A model generated the notes under the pieces. It worked only from the letters and a program-made list of their open reading frames with translations. It did no database searches and was not told the DNA's origin. 40,742 nucleotides of DNA from Bigelowiella natans CCMP2755 (lineage: Eukaryota > Protista > Cercozoa): contig ADNK01003092.1 in NCBI GenBank assembly GCA_000320545.1, forward strand, positions 1 through 40,742, in the 5' to 3' direction. Within the stretch, counting starts at the first letter, position 1. The number at the start of each line of letters is the position of its first letter. Both the position numbers and the translations under genes were made by a program. Shown here piece by piece: positions 11,795 through 23,441 of the stretch.

Positions 11795-13805
11795 CTCATC
11801 ATTTTCCGTTTAGCCACATTGCTATTGTAAGAGAGGCGTTCTTTCTCGGTCATATATGTAGCCTTCTAAATACCTTATTGTTCACTGCTCGTTGCTAGTT
11901 ATGCTAAGAGTGTCGACTTTCCGGATGATAAATACGATGTTTGTTACGTGATACGATATAACGTCTATTTGTATTAGAAATGAGTATAATCTATCCCACA
12001 TTTAACCAGTACGAAAAGGCGGGGCAGTATGCTCAGATGCGAGTTGGAGATAGCAAACCTGGATTTTTTGCAATGGCCAATAAGCCTGGTGAGGAGTTTC
12101 TGGATGATGAAACTTTTTGATGACCAGCCACATATTCATCAAAAAAATATCGAAAAATATTTTTGCTGCTGCTTCTATGGTTCCATGACTAATAAAATAT
12201 GCTGTAATAATAATAACCCAGGTTCCGAGAAATTGGAATTTTTGATAAAATCAGTCGATGGAACTGCTGGTATCATTAATGAGATGAAGCCTGGAGATTC
12301 CCTTGAAATTTCCGATGTAAGAATCAAACACGCATAATGATGATGTTTCCTGATTGAGGAGTTTTATAGTATCAGTGTTCTCCCCCCTCCCTGTTGTTTA
12401 TCTACTTACTTACTTCTATCATCGGTCGTTAGGCTATGGGCAATGGATTTCCTTGGGATAGAGTAAGTGACAATGAAGCTTTCAGCGATGGAACTTACGT
12501 TTTTGCCACAGGAACAGGGTGACAACAACAACTCACTACTTCAGAAGACAGCAAAGCAATACAAATTTAAATGATGATATAGTAGCCGAGAAACGAGTAC
12601 AATGCTTTGCTAGTTGCTATAGATGTCGATGATTGTGCAGTACGCAAGCAATCACTAACGAGCATATGAAATATCGTATGATAAAGGTTTGGCCCAATCC
12701 GAGCTATGATCGAATCAGGGTTATTCAAAGGCAGGAAAAATGTAAGATGATGATGACAATGATGATGATGCTATTGTTGTTGTTAATGATGAAGGAGTAG
12801 ATGATGCTGATGCTGATGCTGATGCTGATGACCCTTCCCGAATAGTAAATATTGCGTCTAATGCGAGAGGACTCATTTCAAATGATAGGACTGTTAAAAC
12901 GGCACCAATCTTGTATTATTAGTTGTTGATTCACGGAGAATTACGAAATTGCAGTTACAGCTACTATGTGTATCTCTTCTCTCACCATTTTGACTTTGTT
13001 TTAAATTTTGTGTTCTGTTTATGTCTCCATCATCATTTATCAGTTGAAAATTTACTACGGAGTACGAGATACAAAGCAGGTAGAGAAAGAACCCATATGT
13101 ATGTAGTCGAAGAAAGGAGGAGTAAGGGATTGCGTTGATTCTCCAGCAAAAGAAGAAGAAGAAGAAGAAGAAGAAGAAGAAGATGATGATAAAAAAATCG
13201 TCGATGCGAACAAATGATTAGTTACTGTTACTTACTCGTGCATCATCTATCCGAACTAGATGCCGTTTAAGGATGAGTTTGGCAAATGGATGGAACAGGT
13301 GAAATCATAGTACAATGTCTGTCTTTGAAAGCACTTACACATGGTTATCGTAGGGTCTTCTGGGAGAAGATGGGGGTGATAACCCAATTGTTCCAGTTTT
13401 TTCCTGTGAGCAAAAGGGGTAGTATTTATTGCATGATCATTAAGACTATTTCATGTTACTGTCTCAACATCGTACGTGTGTGTGTATGAGGGAGTGTGCG
13501 TCGTGTGTTTTACTCTTCTCCTTTGTGTGCTACTAGATACGTACAGGATGTTGCAGTCTTTGGAAGTGACCTAGATCCAGAAAAAACCACGGTACAATTT
13601 CATGAATAATAATACCAGTTTTATCTAAACAGGAATATTAGGTAGCGGTAATCTACTCGGTATGAATCTGTTCATCCTGTCTCTTATTGCTGTGATGCTT
13701 CAAAAGGCGGTAATCTGTGGACACTGGGATATGACGGGAAAGCTGAAAGAGAGACTGACGGAGGAGCTGGGAATACCAATGGAGAACATTCTAACTAATT
13801 TTTAG
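10720..13805 (+). CDS. Ferredoxin-NADP-reductase-fold FAD/NAD(P)-binding oxidoreductase (pKIWI502-like), probably plastid-targeted; multi-exon
   Basis: Exons read YEKAGQYAQMRVGDSKPGFFAMANKPG|SEKLEFLIKSVDGTAGIINEMKPGDSLEISD|AMGNGFP...YVFATGTG|FGPIRAMIE...|LKIYYGVRD|MPFKDEF...|YVQD...|AVICGHWDM...ILTNF*. ATGTGxxP, YYGxR and CG are FNR-family motifs. The N-terminus has a hydrophobic TFISAFVILGV segment. Confidence 0.85.
11068..11263 (+). repeat. 50-bp minisatellite, ~4 copies, intronic
   Basis: Unit CTTGGATTCTCCTATTCTTTCATTACTTTCCATATTATTACGAATATAAT with few substitutions and no spacers. Confidence 0.9.
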
Positions 13806-13849
13806 TTCATTTGTACTACATCGTTCATGCATTCATTTTGGCCTTTAGC

Positions 13850-14640
13850 AATCGCGTGAGTAAATGTGTCTGGCACAAGTTTTGCACGTTGGATCACATA
13901 CATCTCTATGCCTCTGTAACACACGCACTGTTCATAACAATAATGATTTAGCCAAGTAGTATCCATTTTGCACACACGTGTACCTTCTAGCCTTGCTCAT
14001 GTCTTACGTGATATCAACCCTGACAAGTACATCAAACCATTGCACGTACATGCTAGCTCTACCATGCTATCATGCTAGCATGTGCTCATGATGACCACAA
14101 GATGAAATTCGCATCATCCTTATTTGCAAGTCTAGAGCGTGCGTCAAAGACATATGTGCAGCACAAGAACTGCACCAGTGCATATCTAGATCTGTATGCG
14201 TTGTTGTGTGCTCGCTGATCACATCTAGTTGTCGTTGTTGTCATGCGCTAGTACGAGCAAGGCTGCATTATCTGCACGTTTGCGATGAAATTGTGTTATT
14301 CTGACGTCACACAAGCTACGTCATGCTAGCATGCTAGCATGTATGGCGTGTTGTAAATTCATGTAGATAATCATAACTAGAACAGGGTAATGTACCAGCA
14401 GCTGAAATAAGAAGGTAAACATGTAATGTGTTTTTCGTACTTCGATTCACAGAGCTAGAAAGGTGAAACGGCAGCCGGCCTCTCAGCTTCATGTTACCAT
14501 ACGATACTAGCATATGCATGTTTAATGTGATGAGCCATTGGTGCCTCCTAGCATTGGTGCGGGTATAGGTATATATTATTCTGCCGCATGACAACACTTG
14601 CGACTTACACATAGCTTTATTTTCATGTGCTATTCTTGCC
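13850..14640. other. Partially TpA-depleted block B between convergent gene ends
   Basis: Marked enrichment of CATG, TGCA and CTAG (e.g. CATGCTAGCATGCTAGCATG), but many TA remain. Confidence 0.6.
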
Positions 14641-14660
14641 ACCTTGTCTCTGTCCTATTA

Positions 14661-15304
14661 TTAGCTCATAGAACCTCCACTGTAATCTTTCGGGTATATC
14701 GGCGCACCGCAGCACGCAAATCCGCATGTCACCTGTAATATATTATATTTGTTAACTGGTGTAGTAAACACGTGATAACATATCGTATATCGGATGAATA
14801 GGTGCGTTGGTGTAACTAAAAAGGTACTAGTACCTATCTGTGGCCTATTTTAATATTAATAATACGCTGCTACTTTCTTCTCATCATGATCAATCCTATC
14901 ATTACTTACTTCCAACGACTAGTACAAATACTCAACTACCATCATTTTCTCAATTTTTATTAATGTCGCTGCTATTACTTTCACTTTTATACTGCATTTC
15001 TACTAGAATAGTTACTATCATTGCCATCAACGCAAGTGCTAGCTGCTGCTAGAATAAATCTTCGGTGTTACAACTCTGCTAGTACTTACAACTGACCATA
15101 TCACTGGAAGGGGGTAGGGCACATCGAAGATCAATGCAAAGGCAGTTGCCTTTACCTGAACAACATCATTTATTTAATGGGAGAGACAACTTGAAATGTC
15201 TTTGCCAAATTTAATACATCCTTCTAATTACAACTTGAACGGTAATTTTGGCTCTATATGTGAATCTCTTTCTCCCCCCTCCTTCTCCCCCCCCCCCTCC
15301 CCCT

Positions 15305-15374
<70 letters not shown>

Positions 15375-16236
15375 TGTGTGTGCTTGGATACAATACTCAC
15401 ATCTATTGGGAAGAATCACATAGCATCTCCCACATTACTACTACTACTACTACTACTACTACTACCCTCACATGGCTTTACAGGGTCTTCATCTGTGCAA
15501 CCCCCACACCAAAATTTCTCTATACCCTGAGAAGTATGGCCACATCACAACGATGCTATCAGTCTTCTTCTTCCACGAATATATGTGACATGAAGTAGCC
15601 ATGTTGAGTTGAAATCATGGAATAACATCTAATTTGATTTGATGAACAATGATGCTGGTTTATAGAATCACACATTATTATATAAGCTAATCGCACATTC
15701 TTATTATATAACCTGAGCGCAGAAGCATAGAATGAATTTATGTGCCCCATCGATACAGATGTAAGGGCCCTTGGTCATATCGATGCACTTTAGATATGAA
15801 TTTCTTTGGATGCACGTTCGAGTCTCTGGGCCAGTTTGGAGACATTTCATCGAGATCTAACACGACAAATAGTCAACATATATCTCCAATTTGTCACTCA
15901 TCAGCTGCTGATATAATATTAACATTAACACAAAGAAATCACCATTATGAACTCATTGCACCTGTTCCTGACAAATATAAAATGAACAGCTTCCTTGTAC
16001 TCCACAGCACCCGGGCCAACTCGTGTAGAACGATTGCATGCAGCAACAACACACGGTGCTTGCCTTTAAACGATGTAGGTGTACCACGTAATGATGATGC
16101 AAACCTCATTTATAAATAAATAATTCAATGTCGTTTATAATGTCACCTTCAATTCTTCGACGGGAGCAAATTCTATATCTATGGAGAAATCCTGTGTTGC
16201 ACTAGGCTGCAACGGTTGCTTCTCTTCCCCGGACAT
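14661..16236 (-). CDS. Small cysteine-rich protein (~170 aa, 6 exons), function unknown
   Basis: Phase-consistent GT-AG exons: MSGEEKQP...PVEELK|ASTVCCCCMQSFYTSWPGCCG...Q|ISMKCLQ...CFCAQ|GIEKFWCGGCTDEDPVKPCE|GKGNCLCIDLRCALPPSSDM|VTCGFACCGAPIYPKDYSGGSMS*. Confidence 0.75.
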
Positions 16237-16679
16237 TTCGAGCGATGATGGGGTTCGGGAGGGGGAGGATGAGAGACCAAAGAGCTGCTGATGTTCGTAG
16301 GAATTTCGATACTCAGGCTATTTAAACTAAATGAGGCATATATTTGATGTCGCAGATTGGAAAAGGATGCGATTCGTAGCACTAAAACTCATAAGTAGCC
16401 CACAATAAGGAAGAAACTAACTACTCCGTGCTCATGCTAAAAAAACCTGATGAAAGTACGAATTGTTGTGCGAATCTTCCCACAGAAATGCATGTTGTTG
16501 TTGTTATTGTTGTGATTCATTATTCCATGGATTATTATTATTCGATGTGATATCTTAAATAGCATAATATCGTCATTCTCATTTTTCAGCCCCCAGAAGA
16601 TCTACTCAAGCAAGGGGGGAGGAGTTAGCACCACCATTTTACGCAACAGCTCCGTAAAACAAAAACCAAGAGGCCAACT

Positions 16680-16974
16680 ACCTACATAATGGGCCAAGGT
16701 ACCTGCTACTGCATTGTACTACATTCATGTTCGCCACTTTTTCCGAGCAGAATCGTCTCCCTGTAAAAGGAAGAGGCGGTGAGGAGGGATTAGAAGACAG
16801 ACTATGATATACTTATACTTTCTATTGGATACATGCGCTATATGCATATGCACAAATCATGTATGCAACAACCAGGCAGCTACATGCTCTACTGTATAGA
16901 TACTGCGCGAATATGATGTATTTGCCCAATGTCCAGACGCATGTACGACAAACGGATTTTGAGAAATAGAAATA

Positions 16975-17023
<49 letters not shown>

Positions 17024-17515
17024 ACGGATGACAATTCCCCACTGCAATGAGATTAAATGACACGGAAGCTGATGGTTGGGCTCTGGCACTCCCCGATAAT
17101 AGTAGCTGATAAACACACATTGTCGTCATGATCTTATCGTTGTTGTTATTATCGTATTTAATAAGGATGCTGTCTACCCTCAAATGCTCGTCCAGAACAC
17201 GTCTGGGACTTGAGTCGGGTAATACGTTTGTTCATAAATGCATAGCCAAGAAGGAATACATGTTGTTGTTGTTGTTGCTGCTGCTGCTGCTGCTGACGTT
17301 GGGCACTTCATAACTTGACATTTCTTCTTCTTCTTTTTTTAAAATTTTCCTTCTTCTTCTTCTTCCGTAGACGTACCAAGAATTCTCAACCCCCAATGAA
17401 CTCAAAATGATGGAAACAATTAGGTTGTTAGCATCTTACTCATTCATACAATAACAACTGAGTCATTTTAGTGATAACACCATGTTCCTTTGCAGCAGCA
17501 GCAGTATTCGTATGA

Positions 17516-17553
<38 letters not shown>

Positions 17554-18655
17554 GAACCACTACTACTTCACCGCATGTACAATAAAGATGCGATGTAATA
17601 TTGATTGTACAATACTGTAGTGGTATGTTTAGCATTACAAAAATGTTAAATATCATTCCGTTTCATGAGTTCTTGGTGCTAATTATGGAATAACAGATCT
17701 CAGACAAGCGATTTATTCGATATGAAGAACAATGAGCATAAGACAATGCTACTGAGACTATGGAAGGTATTGCCTTGATTTGCTGATAATAGTAATGATA
17801 CTAAAATTATAAAAATACCTGCATTCTTATTGATCCTTCATACGACGATATTTGTCGTCGTATTTGTTTTTTTGGTTTGGTTGCTGACGACTCCTTGTTT
17901 CTTCCTCCTCTTCTTCTTTCTTCTCTTAAGGCTGCCATTCCAGGAGAGGAAGTTCCTGATTTAGACAAACCTCACGAACGGTGAGATCATAGCAGTGCGT
18001 TAGTTAGTAGTAGCAGAGCTCCTCACTAATTTAAGATCAAGATGATGGACCATTAAGGAGGAGGAGGAGGAGGCAGAGAGATATCTGGGTTATTATCACC
18101 TTCAATTAATGACCAGGCTGCTGAATCACCATGAATTATATACTGCATGCTTACGTGCTACGATCACTTTAAACTAATAAGATTTTGGTGTGGTTGGTTG
18201 ACTGTAATCAGATGGAAATACATTGGGTTCCAAAATGCAAGACCTGAGACTGATTTTAGGGCAGGTGAGGAGGAGTAGCACGAGTTGTAGTTGTAGTAGT
18301 AGTAGTAGTAGTAGTAGTAGCAGCAGTTGTTGTAGCAGTTGTTGTAGCAGTTGTTGTAGTAGGAGTAGCAGCAGTTGCTGTAGCAGTTGTTGTAGCAGTT
18401 GTTGTAGTAGGAGTAGTAGCAGTTGCTGTAGCAGTTGTTGTAGCAGTTGTTGTAGTAGGAGTAGTAGCAGTTGCTGTAGCAGTTGTTGTAGCAGTTGTTG
18501 TAGTAGGAGTAGTAGCAGTTGCTGTAGCAGTTGTAGTAGCAGTTGTTGTAGTAGAAGTAGTAGCAGTTGCAGTAGTGGTAGTAGCTGGCAGTAGCATCTA
18601 AAAACCATGTTATTATCATGTTCACGATTAGATGTCTTCTTCCTTATTGTTGTGT

Positions 18656-18698
<43 letters not shown>

Positions 18699-19026
18699 GT
18701 GTTCAGTGTTAGAACCACAGCATTATGAGCACCTTCAGTGTTATTACTATATGTCTTCTTCCTTTTTCTTTAGATAATTATACTCCTTCCCCCCCCTTTG
18801 GTCGTCGTCGTCGTCGTCATCAGCGGGATGGCTAGGCTTAAAGCATCTTGTGCATTTCGCAGAGAAATATCCCAAACTATTACAGTTACGTGAATAGTAG
18901 ATAAGCACCATCATCGACTAGCAATTATAATCATGATCATCAATATTCATATATTTCAGCAAATGAGGACTCATACATACATACACATATACATACTATG
19001 TAGTAACCCTAAAAAGAAGATTATGT

Positions 19027-19069
<43 letters not shown>

Positions 19070-19172
19070 ATATATTTAATATTATGTGTGTGTTGTGTGT
19101 CGATCACACAGCATGTATATAGTATAAAAACTCTACTTATTATATTTATTTTCTCACATGATGATTACTTAA

Positions 19173-19203
<31 letters not shown>

Positions 19204-20356
19204 CATATGTGTGTGTGTGCGCGCGCACGCGCGCATGCCTGCGATGAGTAGTCCAAAACAAAATTGAATTGCTTGTTCTTGAAGAAAATATGATATAAAG
19301 GGATATCTTCCCCTCGTTCTATTTGTTGTTGTTTGTTATTATCTACGGTGTCGTCGTACGATCCATCAGTCGCATATTGGCAGAACAACGCTATCCATGG
19401 GCAGCAGCATCCATAAATATCACTGAAATTATCGTAACACACCTCAAATTAAGGGTACCACGTTCAAGTATTGAGAGAAAACAACACATATCGATGATTC
19501 ATCATGGTTCTTTTAGTATGAAACTACCACTACCAATACTATCACTACTACTACTGTTTCTTTGGAAAATTATGATATGAGTGGTATTATTATTATACGC
19601 TGTTGATTATCAGGATCCCCAACAACTATGATAATATGTTTGAGTGGTATATTTATTATTATACGCTGTTCATTATCAGGATCCCCAACCAAAAATTGCC
19701 CCCATTCCCATTGAAAAAATATACAACTTACAGGTTATATTACTCATATATACAACACTAATATTTAATTCAGTTATTACTTATGATAATCGACGAAACA
19801 ACAACATATAGTTTTACACACTTGTTGATAGTAGGCATCATCCACAAACTAATATCATCATTGTTATATTTTTGGTATGTGTTTATCGACGTAGTTGTAG
19901 AATTGTAGTTGTAGCAATTAACGGTGTGATCCTTCTTTTGTGTTGCTTACTGCTGCTGCTGCTAATCTATACCTTTTAGTCGTTTATGTGGATAGCGTTC
20001 AGAGCTTTCAAGGTTGTTATTACTGTTGTTGTTGTTGTTAAGATGTGAATCAGTTATTTATGCATGATATATTATTGCCATCACATTCATCACATAGATT
20101 GTGGTAGAGGATTTTAGTTCATCTATTAGCATTGTACACAACAAATCAAAACAATTTGTTCTTGATTATGATTTAGGGAAGAGATCCCCAGGCCAAAGCC
20201 GAATTCTTTGCTATCGATGCTCTCCACCAATGTGGTAATACTTGCAATGGAAGAAGAAGTCAATGTAGAAGTAGTGTTGCCTCATATTAGTGCCAATTTC
20301 TGCCTATACCAAGATTTAACAAGAACCTAATTTTATAATATATGTATACTTAGATT

Positions 20357-20395
<39 letters not shown>

Positions 20396-20490
20396 TAACC
20401 CTATCAAACCATCGTCGTGATACGTTGCTCATACTCATATTGTTCCCATCATTCTGAATAGCATCAGCAGTAGTAGCATTATAAATCGTT

Positions 20491-20524
<34 letters not shown>

Positions 20525-20721
20525 ATTTTTAGGTTTGTCCAGTGAACAGATGCAGAAAGCAACACACAGCAGCAGAATTTGTAGTACAAAAACAAGTCAT
20601 TATTGTGTGTGTTTTAACCCTAAATTACACTGAAAGGTGCTATTATGCTGGATCATTTGTGGAATCAGCGCATGGAAAGGTGCTATGATTACTTAATATG
20701 CTGGGTTGTTTTCACTAGAGT

Positions 20722-20759
<38 letters not shown>

Positions 20760-20789
20760 GTGGTATAAAGGCAAGGGTGCCAGTGCTGC

Positions 20790-20839
<50 letters not shown>

Positions 20840-21195
20840 TGTAGTGAAGCAGTATTTCATACATTTCATATTATGAACTACACTGAGAGTGATATTGTAG
20901 CAAAGTAGTCTTTCATACTTTTCATATTATCAACTGCACAGAAAGTACCTGTACACTTACTCTACTACTGCTGCTGCTGCTGCTACTACTACTGCTACTA
21001 CTACTACTACTACTACTACTACAACCTATAGGGATCGCTCTACTAATTTATTGCACTTCAAGATGGTCATAATGAATGATGATCTCATAGATAGTAAAGA
21101 TGAACAAATATTACTTGAAAGAATTGTTTGCTATTTACATGACACACCCTAGTTGTTATGCTGCTGCCTGCTCTATTAATCGTAATGACACCGAG

Positions 21196-21229
<34 letters not shown>

Positions 21230-21860
21230 AAGATGATGTTGTGATGGTGATAATGATGATGCTAAGAGTAATTGCGATTGTTGTATTTCCAGGCATTAAT
21301 GGAAACATCTGCTGTAATGCATCATATTTTAAATCTAAGGCCAGACACTATTCGGGTAAATCACATAATCAACATCACCATCATCTCATAGAACATGCAC
21401 ATACACGAGAATGAAAAAGAATATCCCATACGTAGATGATTAACTTCTATATGTAGCTTTTTATTTTTGCGGAATGGTATATTGAGTTGATTGCGTTTCA
21501 AGAATTTCTCATCGTTTCTCTGTTGTACTATTGCTGGGTCGATCCTGAAACATTGTTGAAATTGCATCACCACACAGGAGATGGAAGGACGGTTTATTAG
21601 TAGGTAATAATTGTGATAATAGAAGTGTTTGTAGTAGTAGTAGTAATTACACTAGTAAATTACTAGGAGGTTATCCAACGACAGATACAGAGTATTTGTA
21701 ATAACATTTTTCGATCTGACAATTTTTTAATTCGGCCTTCTTTTGTCTTCCCAATGATAGATTGCCTCCTTCCTACACAAATCTTATCAAAAGTGGGAAT
21801 TCTGAGAATGGACATGTTGTGGATGAAGAAGAGAAGAATGTAGAGCCATAGTGTGCTCAA
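16680..21860 (-). CDS. Possible multi-exon hypothetical gene with a Thr-rich repeat; model unresolved
   Basis: Scattered GT-AG-bounded open segments (e.g. NFSPGMAALREERRRGGRNKESS...IRMQ at ~17820-17955; CYDNFSDIYGCCCPWIALFCQY at ~19370-19440). They could not be joined consistently. Confidence 0.3.
18286..18590. repeat. 48-bp minisatellite built from 12-bp subunits (~5.5 copies)
   Basis: Unit GTAGGAGTAGTAGCAGTTGCTGTAGCAGTTGTTGTAGCAGTTGTTGTA; AGGAG recurs at 18361, 18409, 18457 and 18505. The minus strand encodes TTTTATTTATATATTP repeats (mucin-like if coding). Confidence 0.9.
19579..19690 (+). repeat. Short direct duplication (~45 bp core, ~62 bp period)
   Basis: GAGTGGTAT...TTATTATTATACGCTGTT(G/C)ATTATCAGGATCCCCAAC occurs twice. 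Confidence 0.85.
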
Positions 21861-21889
21861 TTAGAAACATATATTGAAAATCTCGTTCA

Positions 21890-23400
21890 TATAGCATGCA
21901 TTTTGCATAGTCGATTTGTGGACAATGCTCCGCATGGAGTGCTTCCACTACAATATTCATGCACCATACATCTAGACATCAACAAACGCTGGAAATTGCA
22001 TTGTTGACCGTCTTTCATTGCACGTACACGCCATGCATCATGCACGTCCATTCAGACATGCCTAGATGCACCTAGACATCTGCAGATGTGCGATGCGTAC
22101 ACAGTGGAATTGTGCAGGTCATGTCATGCTAGCATGGTGTAGCATTATTTTGTGTCACAGTTCATGCAATCTAGCAATGCATCATGTGCATGCAGCTAAC
22201 CATGTGACTACCCAACAGCCTGCTCTAGCTAGCTAGCTAATCTAGTGATGCCAGTCATGATTTTGCCAAAAAAACGATGCCCCAACAAATGCAACACGCA
22301 CGTGAACACCAGAACATGTTGAGCATGTATGTGGGCGTGCAAATTGAACACTTTGGACTTGCCACTTTGCGTCATTGGCTTCTCCAGTGCTTGCGACTCA
22401 TTGATCCGCCATCTAGACCATGCTGCCATGCCAGCATGTCTGGATCACTTTGTGCGCAAAACTTGGAAACTCAGAAACACCATGGCGAGCGGAATGGGCT
22501 AGTGGGATGTTTTGCTTCGGTCGTGAAAATGCTTCATTTTCGTCGTGATGGTCTTTTTTGCTCATGCTAGCATGCACATCGCTAAATCTCATGCATGCAA
22601 TTGGTTGGGCAATCCAGCAGTCTGGCTAGCTTCCTGGCTAGCAGTCAAACTTCTGGACTTTTCTGGCGGCTGCGATGGCTGAATCTGGAGATCGACACGT
22701 GTGCTTGCTGGCCTGTTTGAGACAACCAGAGCATTTTCCCTGCACACCCACTAGGTCTGGTAGCATGGCGTGCCATCATCAAGGCTGTTGGCGGAGTGCA
22801 CGGTTTGCAACGAACTTCCAGACATTCGCAAATCTGGAAATGGTGATTTTCGCTCAACGAATGCGGTTCATTCGAACAGAATGCCAGAATGGTGCCTTTG
22901 AAAATGAACTTGTGCAAAGTGCCAGAATGCTGCGCCTGTTTTCCATGTGGTTCTAGCGCAAGCAGATTTGCATCAATGCTTTCTTCGTTGTTCATTGTTC
23001 ATTGTTCGAATTGACACACTTGCAAACACGTTCGGTCACAACTGCCAGAAACAATTTGTTGTCGGCCCTGCCAACAATGAAAATTGTTCGCAAATGCACG
23101 TTCGAAACTGTTCGAATGGATGGAACAGTGATGACTGTTCGTTGGCAACTGTTCATTTGAATGGAACAATTGCGTCACGGGACAACTGTTGTGTTCGGTG
23201 TTTGCATTGCTTGTCCATTGCCAGCGCCATTGGAGTGCGAACAAATCTTCAACCTTCCTTCAAGCTCACGTCTGCACGTCTAGACGTGCATCTATCAACG
23301 TGGCATGCTGCATGGTCTAAACATCTACCACCGATGATCGAATTAATTTTATTACTTTAATGTGCACAAAATCCATGCGCATAATCAAATCTACACACAA
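21890..23400. other. TpA-depleted block C (probable decayed repeat or element)
   Basis: In 22330-23285 there are only 10 TA by eye, 8 of them in CTAG. A (CTAG)n run lies at ~22225-22245, and the edges are graded. Confidence 0.9.
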
Positions 23401-23441
23401 GATCCTACTCTGTGGTGATGAGTAGCAGCTACCTAAGGAGA

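Noticed and set aside
18164-18625. Poly-Leu/Gln, Cys/Tyr and Ser/Cys ORFs (also poly-V/L/Y ORFs at 39407-39646 and the PQ-repeat ORF at 10416-10694)
   Set aside because: These are translations of simple repeats. At most one frame (Thr-rich) could be coding, and that is unsupported.
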